Positions 1 through 12,740 of a DNA stretch of 64,000 nucleotides are shown one piece after another. The position numbers and the translations under genes were made by a program. Origin of the DNA: Paragordius varius (lineage: Eukaryota; Animalia; Nematomorpha); NCBI GenBank assembly GCA_964247055.1, contig OZ176052.1, positions 9,920,001 to 9,984,000 of the forward strand, read 5' to 3'. Positions within the stretch are counted from its first letter, which is position 1. Every line of letters starts with the position of its first letter. Below the pieces are notes generated by a model, which was given only the letters and a program-made list of their open reading frames with translations, had not been told where the DNA came from and ran no database searches.

Positions 1-2291
1 AATAATACATTCATCATAAGTCTGCTCCTAGTAGACTTATTAAAATTTCAAAGTGGCATAACTTCAAAAATATTGTGAATTTTTGAATTCTGTAAATTGG
101 AGGAGAGAAAGTAAAGTATATTTAACAAATAATTTATAGGTTTTATTAATGTTGCTTCAATCATTTGGCATTAAAAGGGGTTTACACAACCCCTGTTAAA
201 AAAATAGAAAAACCCTAAAACATGCATGCAAAATCAAAAGTTTTTTAGAAGAAATAGGTATGCATTTTATTCAACTATATTTTTTAGATTTTTTTGAGTT
301 ATCAAAATTGAAATATTTGCATACTTTGTGAAATAAAAAAATCATATCCAGTTTTTCAAATTCTTTAAATTGGAGGATAAAAATGATGTATATATAACAA
401 ATTATTTATAGGTTTTAGAAATTGAATGATCGCATACACATGTTAGTGACTAAGCTTCTTAAAAAAAATATATCTGGAACATACATGTAAAACCCAAAGT
501 TTTTTAGAAGGTGTGCAATTGATTTAACCATATTTTTTAGATTTAGATGTCATGGCGATCGAATTATCTGAACACTTTTTGCATTTTGAGGATGAAGCAT
601 TGAAGAATCTACTTATTTTATTGGATTTCATAAAAATTTTACTATTTGATATATAAAATTATATATTTATGTTTATTGTCAATAAATATATGATAAATTT
701 ACTTAAGTTTCAAGCGTCTAAAAATCATTTTAATCCACAGTGCACAAAATCGGAGGCTATAAAAAATATTATGATCAATCATATATATTGCATATTAGGA
801 ATATCATGGTGCTTGGTTTTAGGTCTAACGAATAATTTAGAGCTATATCCAATTTTGTGGTAATTGTTCCTTGAAAAGTTACAAATTAGGCAAATTTATA
901 ATTTTTTTTATGAAAGCTAAATGCTTCCCTTTAAAAATACCATTATATTTTGATATGAACTATATTCGAAAACAAAAATGAAATTTAAAATTTTAAGCGT
1001 AGGTTCCAAAACAACTTTTTGGACTTCTCTAAAATGGGCCAGTTTTTTTAAAAAAGCCGATGCGCGATATTACTTTAAAATTAATATTTGACAATATAAT
1101 ATATTTTTTAAAAAAATTTGGCAATCGTATTTTATGGTGCTTTAAGATATCACAAAAACACTTTTGTTTAACATTTCTATCATCTCAAAATTTTGATTAG
1201 CTTTTGCTTTAAATTTGGGGAAATATTTAGGGGTCTTTTTGGTCAAACTTTAATTTCCTTTAATAATATCATTAAATTATAAACTATATTTGAAAACCAA
1301 AATGAAGTTTGTTTAGAATTTTAAGCGTAGACTCCAAATAAGTTTGCCAAATTTGCAACCTTTCGATAAGGAACAATTACCACAAAATATTCCTAATATG
1401 CAATATATATGATTGATCATAATATTTTTTATAGCCTCCGATTTTGTGCACTGTGGATTAAAATGATTTTTAGACGCTTGAAACTTAAGTAAATTTATCA
1501 TATATTTATTGACAATAAACATAAATATATAATTTTATATATCAAATAGTAAAAATTTTATGAAATCCAATAAAATAAGTAGATTGTCCAATGCCCTCAA
1601 AATGCAAAAAGTGTGCAGATAATTCGATCGCCATGACATCTAAATCTAAAAAATATGGTTAAATCAATTGCACACCTTCTAAAAAACTTTGGGTTTTACA
1701 TATATGTTCCAGATATATTTTTTTCAAGAAGCTTAGTCACTAACATGTGTATGCGATCATTCAATTTCTAAAACCTATAAATAATTTGTTATATATACAT
1801 CATTTTTATCCTCCAATTTAAAGAATTTGAAAAACTGGATAGATTTTTTTATTTCACAAAGTATGCAAATATTTCAATTTTGATAACTCAAAAAAATCTA
1901 AAAAATATAGTTGAAATGCATACCTATTTCTTCTAAAAAACTTTTGATTTTGAATGCATGTTTTAGGGTTTTTCTATTTTTTTAACAGGGGTTGTGTAAA
2001 CCCCTTTTAATGCCAAATGATTGAAGCAACATTAATCAAACCTATAAATTATTTGTTAAATATATTTTACTTTCTCTCCTCCAATTTACAGAATTCAAAA
2101 ATTCACAATATTTTTGAAGTTATGCCACTTTGAAATTTTAATAAGTCTACTAGGAGCAGACTTATGATGAATGTATTATTTTTATTCAAAAATGTAAGCA
2201 TAAGGATTTAAGCATAAGGATGTAAGCATAAAGACGTAAGCATAAGGATTTAAGCATAAGGACGCAAGTAATACTTACCCGAACATGGGTC
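1..2291. mobile_element. Foldback-type (long inverted repeat) non-autonomous DNA element in a spectraplakin intron; left end lies outside the window
   Basis: Base 1 onward (aataatacattcatcataagtctgctcctagtag...) is the near-exact reverse complement of sequence ending at 2180. Arms are about 1-890 and 1340-2180, with an ~50-bp indel near 800-850. The right end continues into 5 copies of a 14-bp repeat (TAAGCATAAGGAYK at 2195, 2209, 2223, 2237, 2251). Confidence 0.85.
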
Positions 2292-2588
2292 TAACTCTTT
2301 TTTTATAAATAAGTTAGATACAAAATTAACATTCATTATTTTTTACATTTAAAAACATTAAAATAATGATCAACTTATAACTTCTTATTATTTATGTTCT
2401 TTATAATAGCTTTATATCTATATTTACGGAAAGTGCCGTAATAATTAACGTGAATTTAATATTGTTGGCTTATTTATCTGGAAAAATTGTTATTAAAGTG
2501 GATCTTTATCAGAGGGGTCGGTCATAATGATGTTATTCATGATAGAAATGGTTAAAATTACAATATTATATATATATAATATCCTTAG

Positions 2589-5500
2589 AAATTCGTCAAG
2601 GAAATGGATACGAGGACACACACGATTGAAAAATTAAATAATTCCCTAAAACAAGCTGAAAGCAATAAATCCACAAATGCTAAAGAATCTTCAAATAATA
2701 ATGGAAATTATGATTCCAACATATCTAATGTAGAAGAAGAAAAATCACTTTTACTTAAACTCGATACAGTTTGGAACGAATTGAAACAAGGTAAATATGT
2801 TACATGTAATAATAATTTTGCAATTTTCTCGTAAAATTTATTTAATACACAAAATCCAAATTTGCAATATACATGCTAGTATCTTTTTTTATGGATAAAA
2901 AAGAAAATTTAATAAAATTTTAAGATTTATTTATGGTTAATACTTGGAGTTAATATATTATTACTCACATATAATCATAAATTTCATTTTTTGGTAAAAG
3001 AATCAAGCGCCACAGTAAACGCCCTTAATGAAAGCAAAGAACGCGCAGAACTTTTTGAATCTAACGTTCGCGTTTTAGTCGATTGGATTGATAATGTGGC
3101 TCGTAATACGCTGGATAAAATATCTGATGGTATTGAACCATACCTAAAAAGTATAAATACATTTTAGAATATACGAAACCTTGAAAAGCCAAAGATAAAT
3201 ATTTTTAAACAAAAGATAACAAGCCTAATTTGATATAAACTATCATTTAAGTAAAGAATTTATGCATTTTGGTCATATACTTAGAATGGATTCTAAAGTA
3301 TGGCTGTCTTTTAAAAATATTGTATTATAATTATACGTTTTTTATTTATATTTTATTTTTTAACCGTTAGGTGTGCGTAGATATTTAGAATTAGTTAAAT
3401 ATTTTATGATATATAATGATTTATAGCATAACGATTACGATTTAACCCTGGTTTACTTTAAAAAATTACCTGTCAAAAACTATCGAACATATATTTATCA
3501 TCATATAATAATGATATAGGATTACAATTAAATTAAAATTGTTTATGTAGAAAATTAAAAATGTATATTTTTTTGGTATAATTAACATCTTTACATAACT
3601 ATTGCTTATGACCATAATAGACTGCATTAAGCAGTCGAACAGACGTTTATTTTTTAATAGGTCAAAATCCATCCTTAAATGTTTATACCAAAAAATATTA
3701 TCATATAGATAACTCCGATCCGCTAGTTTTAACCTATTTGATGAACACTCAAGATTTGGGATTAAAATCATTTACAGGTAAACTGGATGCTTGCACAAAC
3801 TTTGCCCAGGAACTCGAACAAAAAGTATGTTTTACTCTATAATCTTCTATATTATCGGCGAATTTACAAATTCAATTACTAATTAATAAAATTCCGTAAT
3901 AAAAGTAAAAGAAAAAAAACTGGAGTGGCATATTTAAATTGACAAAAAATTTAAATTGACAGGTGACACCATTCGTCAAAAGTAATCGTAGAATAGCGTG
4001 ATTATTGATAGCACCATATAGTGCGACAAACTTTTGATTTTGGGGTGTAATTTTGAAAAAGGTTCATTTATTTAATAAAAATAGTTGTAGTTGCAAACAC
4101 AAATTTAAATTAATTAACCTAATGTAATCTACAATAAAACAAATGAATTTTCAGTTTAACAATTTAATTCTAGTATAATTTTCGTTTATATCCTATATTC
4201 CGGAGTTTATCAGTTGTTTATAGTATATATTAATTATCCATTCCGACAAATACAAATTCATTGATTATTATTGTTTGGTTGCCTTAGAAACCCATCCACA
4301 CCAAGATTGGTGAAATTGGCGCCCAAATTTTGGCAAAACCGGCAATCAAAGCCGTCCCTATCATTTGTGATTGGCAATCGCTGGTTGACCAAATGTACAA
4401 TGTTTTGGAGGCGAGACTCATAACATTACAGGAGGCATTGCAAAACCTTGTCACAGAATGTAAAAACCGGACTTCACAACTCGATACCTTATTAACATGG
4501 CTTACGGCTGGGGAAGCTACTATCATTGCTGCTAATCAAAGATTACCCTTGCCAGAAACGATAGAATTGGTTGAACAAGCTCTCATGGAACATAGGGTAA
4601 AAGTTTTGACTATGTAATTGCTTACAATATTTGCGTGATATAATTAGTGGAGCAAAAGGAAGCAATTTTAGCGTAATAATTGGAAAAACTGTTGATGAAA
4701 ATTCGATTTCATATTTAATTTGATTTTATATTGGGTTTAAAAGGTTTAGATTGGTTATTTCTATAAGCGGTCACACTTATGGTTAAGAATTATTTTATCG
4801 GTCAGACCAACCTAATAATTATTAACAAAATGAACAATTATTTTGTTGCCGTTACATATATGAGCATACTTTAGATTTCATAAAGGTTTTATTAATTAAT
4901 TAATGTTTTAGTTTCATTAATATAAGTGCCCAAAATACAATGTATGTTTAATTCATTTGCATATTCAAATTATAATATTCATTGCTACATATATTATCCA
5001 TAATTCCTCTTCAATGTACAAAAAAAGCTTATATCTTTAAATTTTATTTTGTTTAGGAATTTATGGAAGACTTGAACAAAAAGCAGTCCGACGTCAATAA
5101 GCTTACCATGTTGCCAAATAATTCAAACTATGTGGAATTAAAATCAACCAAAAATAAAACACCTCAAAAGAATGCAATCAGCCTGAGAAAATCACAAACA
5201 GAGTAAAACTTTTATATAATTTTTAAACATCAATTTGCAAAAGTACTAATTTAAACCTTTGTAATTATAACTTTATTCAATAATTTAGTTTGAGTCAATC
5301 GATAACCGACCTAACTGGCCACAATAATGATGGGACACAAAACCACAAAAATGTCAAAATTCGTAATTTGACCCAAAAATGGAAAGGTGTTTGGCTCCTG
5401 GCCGCTGATCGTCAATCAAAGTTGACTGATCGATTGAATTATTTAAAGGAAGTTGATAGGCTAAAAGATTTTCAGTTTGAAGAATGGAAAAAACGAGTAC

Positions 5501-8500
5501 ACTATATTACACAAAATGCATAAAATATATTTATCTAAATTTCAAAACATATATACGTTCATCTCTTTTTGTAAATTACCACTTTTTGTGAAAAATATAA
5601 AATTGCGGTCTTATATTTGCAGAATCATTTATATGCATAAATTAACATAAAAAACTTTTTTAGCTGCCATTTGTAGATTGGCATTTGAATATCGTCAATT
5701 GTTGATCGTTTACCTAAATTAAATATTTATATACCGTTTGGTATAAATTTTGGTCAATTTCGCATTTTTTACTATAATTAAATGACTTAAATCATAGTAC
5801 ATGGATTGGGTTAGCCATAAAAAGAGCCGTGTTATGGATTTCTTCCGCAAAAACGATAAAGACAGTGATGGAAAGTTAACGTTGGATGAATTCATAAATG
5901 GTGTTTTAGCCACCAATTTCTCCACTTCGAAACCAGAGTTGGAAAAAGTAGCAAAGGTATATATAATACACTCTAGTTTTTAAAAGTTAATATATTTGAA
6001 TATTTTTATTGCATAACAATTGCTGAATTTTGCAGATAATTGACACAAACTCTGACGGCTACATCGATTACAAAGAGTATATGAAAGCGTTAAGACCTAC
6101 ACAATTAAATCAGGTATGGATGATATATAAAATATTTTTTGATAAATGCACGCACGCTCTTACCTAAATAAATATATTAACCTTTTTTTATGTGATTATT
6201 AAAAAAAATTCCCTTTTATACATGTTGCAAATATTTTTGTTTTGAAATAATCTTTTATTTCGAAATCGGGAAGTTTACCAATTTTCTAAATAAATATAAG
6301 AAGTTTTATAAAAAAAATTTAATAAAATTCATTTAAATCCAAAATATATATGTATTAAAATAATAATTACTGCTGTTTTGACCTTAACTTCTAAATGTTT
6401 TTAAACATATTTTTGTTTTTCGTCCCTGTATATTTTTTAGGCACCCTTGACTGATGTAGAAAAGGTCAAAGATGAGGTACAAAGGCAAGCTAATCTCTGC
6501 GAATGCATTCGTAAATTTAAGGTTGATCATTTAGGTGAAGGAAAATATATGGTAAGTAAAACTAAAAAAATTGGATTAATTTATTAAATATTTTTTTAAA
6601 TTTTAGTTTTGAGAAAAAATGGAAAAATTTCCCTCCCATGCTCAACGTAATCTTGCAAACATTAAAAAATATTAAATATATGGTTGAAAAAAAAATTTAT
6701 TGCGTCATTCATTAAATTGCTGTAAATCTTGTGTTTTTCTAACCTTTTCTTTCACTACGCAATTTTTTAAGTATAGGATTATTACTTTATTGTATTTGTA
6801 TTAATATATCATGGCAAAAAATAAATTGTTGGTTTTTTAATAATTAAAAAAAAATTGTAGTTTGGAGACTCACAAAAATTACGGTTAGTCCGAATTTTGC
6901 GAAGTACAGTTATGGTTCGTGTAGGCGGAGGCTGGGTCGCCCTAGAAGAATTTTTGCTCAAAAATGATCCCTGTCGAGGTATTTTTTGGAATAATAAGTC
7001 ATTTTTTCGAAATCTAGATGCATAAATTTTTATAAAAATAAATTTAAGTAAATGAAGCATTCTACATGCATAATATATCCATTTTTGTTTTGTGCCAAAA
7101 ACATTGGTTTTTTACCGATAATTTTGGCAAAAGAGATAGATTCAAAAGTTCAGATTGTTTAATATCTCAATAATTTTTGAATATGAACATTAGATGTAAT
7201 TAATACTATTTTCTATAAAAAGTAAAATATATTTTGATAAATGATCATGGTAATATATAGCTAAGGGAAGGACCAATATAGAACTCCGTGAACCATTTAT
7301 CCTTGCTTCCGGTGTAAGTCAAACGATGGCGCCTTTCAAAGCTAAATCGCCGCATTCCACACCCGTGAGTCCAGCTTCATTTTTATCTTCCTTGGGTTTC
7401 AATACACCTGGACCGATTACAAAAGTTTGTGTTTTGTTATGTTTTATAAAATGATAATATTTTATAATTATTAAATTATAGAATTTTAGAGGATGTTACT
7501 TGATTCATTACAAAAGAAATTGAGCAAATGTAGTATGGAAGATTATATTCAAAACTTTTTATCATTAGCTCAGATTTTTATGAACAGGAAACGAATTTCT
7601 GTTGCTCTTAGCTGCTTAATAACTCTCCCTCTCATATTACATTTAGTTTTAATATCTTTTTCCTATAAATTATTCATTCTTCTACCATTTGCTCTTTCAG
7701 TAGTTTTTCTTAATGCAATTTACATTGCAAAATGACAAATTCAAAATGCAGATTAATCGTATATCATCTTTAAAAAATTATTTATTCTAGATTCGTGAAA
7801 AAACTCCGCGGTCTACCCCATGGCGCATCAATTCAACCAGAAATAGTGGGCCCACATATCAACAAAGCAATTTTCTAACAGGAAATACTACCCCTTCAAC
7901 AGCGACATCTATATTATCATCACCAAATCCTTCAAATTTATCATCTGTTTTTAGTTCTGTTAGCCACTCTAATAATGGTCTTTTACAAAAAAACGCAAAT
8001 GCTAAAAAGAGTAAGCATTTATCTTTTATATCTTTTTTATTGTCTAATGTATAGTATAAATATGTTAATCTTCATTATTAAATGATAAAAGGCCGCCCTT
8101 TGAATTTCATTCCAATATCCATTAATAGTATTATTGGTGTATTGCACCGGAAATATGTAAAGAGTTTCTTATGAAACATAAGGCGATAATTTCTTTGTAT
8201 ACACCTTGACATAATCTCTAGATTTTTTAAAACCAACATAAAAGGTTTAAACTCAATAATTGTTTATAATAATATTAGCAAAAATTTATACAAAATATTA
8301 TTAAATAATGGCTTTTTGCTAAATATACAGTTTTGTTTAATTATAACATATTTGTACAAATATTTTATGAAATGTTTAAAACCTATTTTAAATATAGGTA
8401 TTGGCAGTAAACCAAGTAGTAGATCGAATTCTCGAGTTTCTTCCAGACTTCCAAGTCGGGCACCTTCTCCATTATCTTACAATCCAGCGACAACTTTTCA

Positions 8501-9261
8501 GACCAATTCTATTCTAAGGTAAGTAATTTTTATGGTTTAATTTTGCGAATAACATAGGATGTGTTATAAAATGGAGTTAAATATATTGATCCAATATTTG
8601 ATTTTTTCATAGTTTTTTGGCCGTTTTATTTGTTTCTTATAGACATTCACTATTTTTTTTATAAAATATTTTCGCTCTAAAATTGGGGCCTGACTAAATT
8701 TAATCGATAAATTGCCCACGAAATCTCGCAAATCATTTTTCCTAAGAAATTTAATTAAGCTATTTGAGTTGATTATATGTTAGACGTTTATTTTTAAATT
8801 TTATATTAAAACTGCAAAATAGCCCTTACAATTATCTAAAAAATCAATATTTAATTATATTAATTACACCATTGATGATTTCCCATTTCTTTTAATTAAC
8901 GAAGTTTGGTAAGTGGTTTCTAGGGTTTTTTAATACATTTCTAAAAGGTGGAATTTTTTAAAAAGGAAACAGTATATATTTGGTGACTAAAATTGTGGTT
9001 TTTCGCCTTTAGTATCATAGATGTAACCAATATTAACTAATTAATATTAATAAATATTATACCACTTTTCTACTTTAATATTTTGATTATTAAAAACTAA
9101 CTTTGTTTAGTAATAATATTGTGGCCCAAGAAACATTTGTACAAACTTCTGCATCCAGTGACACAAAAAGCCGTGCTGGACAAAACATGACAACTGTCAC
9201 CTTTAAAACTAAAGTCAGCAAAATCAAAACTGTCCGTGAAATGAAACCTATTGCAAAATGA
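2589..9261 (+). CDS. shot: Spectraplakin (short stop/MACF1/dystonin/VAB-10 type), 3' part: last spectrin repeats, two EF hands, GAS2 (GAR) domain, Ser/Arg-rich tail
   Basis: Frame-consistent exons 2589-2790, 3001-3150, 3778-3824, 4288-4596, 5057-5202, 5289-5496, 5798-5956, 6036-6113, 6441-6551, 6861-6978, 7261-7424, 7791-8010, 8398-8518, 9111-9261 (TGA); 2184 nt = 727 aa plus stop. Motifs: FEEWKKR|[108 protein letters not shown]. The 5' exons are upstream of the window. Confidence 0.95.
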
Positions 9262-10357
9262 ATTTTGATTCTTTTAAACAATTCATTTTTGATAAATTTT
9301 TGATTGTTATCCATCCAGTTATTTGAAACCAGTTGACAATATTTGTATGTGATAAAGTACTACCATGAAAAAAACACATCCCTTTTCAATCCATCCAAAA
9401 CGTAGAAAAAAATTCCTTCTGATCAATACTAATTAGCAATGTGTGTAAATTTTAGCATATTGTCGCAAAACAATTATATTTATTACTTTACATACATATA
9501 TATGCCTTCCTTATATTTATAATTTTTTGCTTGGCACAGACATACACATACATTATATCATAATTATAATTATTTTATACATGATATATTTTTAATTAAT
9601 ATATAATACATATTTTGTATGCAAATAATATTACTATTAATTGGCTATTATACCCATAATTTTTGTAATAAAATTATATAATATTCTTAGACATACAACA
9701 ACATTAGAATGTCATCATTCCGTTTATTATGTATGAGAGATTCTCATTTAATAAAATAAAATAAATTTTTATAATTATTTGTATAGTGAGAAATTCCGCT
9801 TATTATTTACCTTTCCAATCGTTTTTTTGAGAATTAATTAGCTAGTCTCGTTTGTCTTAACCATGTTACTTAATATGAACTCTGCAAAAATGAAGAAAAA
9901 AAATAATTAAATTTTTTTGTATATAAATTTTTGAAAGCTTAACTGCCTGTAAATAAATGATAAATGAAATGAATGTAATCATAGGGTTTCTATTGAACGA
10001 TACAATGATATATCTATATTATCATACAATTAAAGATAATTGAATTATGGCGTACGTTGGATTTTATCGTTTTATATACGACTATATAACCCTTTCTAAG
10101 ACGTGAAATTTAATTCACTTGTTATTATTATTATTATTATTTTTCATATTTATTATGTTATTTAAACACAATATATTAAGGGGAATTATTTTTATCAGTG
10201 GGATGAAATAACACAAAATCTAATAAAAAGATAAGGGGAAAGAAAAGATCATATTAATAAAAACATTACCATTCCTAATCTAATGTATTCGAAAATGACC
10301 TTCTATAATCTGTAATTAACATTTTTTGGGACGCTCAGTAGTGATATATATAAAATT

Positions 10358-11701
10358 ATGCAAAATGTTACATCGATTGAATGTATTCCATTGAAAAATA
10401 TCTCATTATTAACCGATACACCATTAAATCGTTTTAACCGATTGAGCTCTTGGTTCCTCATGATAACTGGTCTGTTTGGAAATTTTTTGGGTGCATTGTG
10501 CCAAACGACGTTTCAACGCAAACACCTTCATGTCAAAAATCACCCGTTTCAAAAACGGGCCACTTCTTCGAGTTCTATGCTACAATACTTGTTACGCATT
10601 TTTTTTCTGGTGAATTTGTTAAATTCCATTTTACTTATCGTATCACCCATCATGAAGTATGAGGGAAACGGGTTCCGGAACCCTGTATGGTTTCGTAAAC
10701 CCTGGAATATTTATGCCGCTAACATACATTACCCCCTGTCAAAACCATTGATTGCATTTGGTTTCCTTGTGTACATTACATACTTTTTGGTACAAACATT
10801 GGCTTACATAAGGCCAATATATTATCACAAATATATGACAAAAAAGAATGTACATTGGATACTCATATCAACCTTGACTTATTCCATACTTTGGTATATA
10901 CCGACTTATAGTTGGTTCAAGGTTCGTAGGATAAACGTTGATTTATTGTGCGAAAAATCGGAGATTTTACGACGTCGACACATGGCTTACATTTATACGT
11001 ATGATTGGAATCCAATCAATGATGAAACATCCGCTCTATATAAAGTTTGGGTATCCTACCAAATTTTACGGGAACTAAGCCTTTTCGTCCTACCATTTTC
11101 TCTCGTGTTGGCATGTAAAATTTTGTTGGTTCGTAAATCACGATTAATATTTCACGTCCCTAATAGATCGATTGTAATATCGTCAGTATTTTCAGGCAAC
11201 AACTCTATAGGTGGGGGAGAAGGGGATCGCATGGGCTCCGAACAACTAGAGGTTAGTTCCATCTTCACAAAAAATAATACCCATACTAATACAAATACAA
11301 ATAATCCTACAAACCTTATTAGTAATGGTCGGTATCGAAAACAAGATGGTTCCAACGTATCCATGAGCAGAGCCGTGAGAGATTTAAAACGTTCTCAACG
11401 CCAACAACACAAAAAAACGTTGGCTGTTTTAACGGGGGAGTTTATTCTTTGCCTTTTACCCGTTGCTATCATACAAATGTTGATGAGTAGCTTGAGAGAT
11501 TCTTTGGGTGGAAATAATTTATCTTCGTATTACATGACACTAACTTTGCTCCAATTCATATATGTTAGCGAAACATTTTACATAAACTTGTTGTTTAATA
11601 GTGAATACAGGAAAAGTACAAAAACTGCGTTACAATCTTACATTGCCCATTTAAGAAGTTGGGCAAAACATGTTTTAAATCTCTCAAAAATATGTCATTG
11701 A
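10358..11701 (+). CDS. Intronless divergent rhodopsin-like (class A) GPCR, most similar in pattern to FMRFamide/peptide receptor-like groups
   Basis: 447-aa ORF with seven hydrophobic segments. TM1 GLFGN, ECL2 Cys (LLCEK), TM5 FVLPF, TM6 FILCLLP, TM7/helix 8 FYINLLFNSEYRK, and a long Asn/Thr/Gly-rich third intracellular loop. Confidence 0.75.
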   Translation: MQNVTSIECIPLKNISLLTDTPLNRFNRLSSWFLMITGLFGNFLGALCQTTFQRKHLHVKNHPFQKRATSSSSMLQYLLRIFFLVNLLNSILLIVSPIMKYEGNGFRNPVWFRKPWNIYAANIHYPLSKPLIAFGFLVYITYFLVQTLAYIRPIYYHKYMTKKNVHWILISTLTYSILWYIPTYSWFKVRRINVDLLCEKSEILRRRHMAYIYTYDWNPINDETSALYKVWVSYQILRELSLFVLPFSLVLACKILLVRKSRLIFHVPNRSIVISSVFSGNNSIGGGEGDRMGSEQLEVSSIFTKNNTHTNTNTNNPTNLISNGRYRKQDGSNVSMSRAVRDLKRSQRQQHKKTLAVLTGEFILCLLPVAIIQMLMSSLRDSLGGNNLSSYYMTLTLLQFIYVSETFYINLLFNSEYRKSTKTALQSYIAHLRSWAKHVLNLSKICH

Positions 11702-12740
11702 TTGAGAAATGATAATAAGAAGACTAGGTGATATATATTTTTATGCCATTTATTGTGATTTAGATTAAAATAAATCAAAAAATATAACCAGAAATGGAAG
11801 TTAAAACTATCATTATATTAAAGCTAGGATAAGTTGTAAAAATTTTAAATGGTAAATTGCATATTAATTCCGGCATTTTGGTATTAGGAATTTTAAAATT
11901 CCAATACCTCTAATAAAATGTTTCCCATGCAGTAAGCAACTTATAATGTCGAGAGTTTAAATTAAGGATTCATGTCGGAACTATTTCCAGAAAATAACGG
12001 TCCTTGACCAACTGACACCCGTAATTTTTAAAAATCATGGTTCCAGTTTCATTTTCGATCTAATGGTTATTATAACTTTATTTTTCAATTTATGGATATC
12101 TTTTAGTTTATAAAGAATGTGAGTTAAAGCAAATATATAAACATTTTAACTAGGAAAAATTTGTTGCCAGCTACTTTATCCTGAAAAAATATAATTAAAT
12201 GCTTTCATGATACAAAGAAATAAAATAACGGTTTACGTTGTAATTTTCAAAATATAAAGAGTTTTAAAACCTTTTTTTATCAGAACTATTCCGGTTTGGA
12301 ATTTTTTTGGTTCAAGTTGGTTCAAAAAAATACTAACATTTTGGAACGATTCCTGGTTTGATTTAACGTTTAGATGCATTCGAAATGATGGAATTAATTA
12401 AAAAATCAATAAAAAATGAGAATTGACGTGAAAGATCTATGAAATAGCGACGAATCGATATGTAACTCAAAGAAAACTAGAGTATGTGACTCAATAATAA
12501 ATTATTAAGGTAAATAAATGGTCTATCCTAAAATAAATTTAACTAACATAATTTTTACCATTCAGTTATATTTTTAACTGTAATGCCTTTCATAAATTTG
12601 TAACAATCACTTATTAAGTTCATGTAAAAATTAGTTTAGTTACCTTTGAAAGACAAAATATTTAATATGATAGAACGACCAACAATTAATTTTAATTTAC
12701 ATTCTTACAAAAACTTATTAAACATTACAAAAAATTAAAA

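Noticed and set aside
669-1522. Two ORFs with an identical N-terminus (669-863 + and 1313-1522 -)
   Set aside because: They are mirror images produced by the foldback arms, with no coding signature.
2195-2270. Short regularly spaced repeats resembling a CRISPR array
   Set aside because: Contiguous 14-bp tandem units with no unique spacers, in eukaryotic DNA with no cas genes.
2271-2285. atacttaccc resembling the U1 snRNA 5' end
   Set aside because: The match stops after 9 nt; no U1 stem-loops or Sm site follow. It is part of the element terminus.
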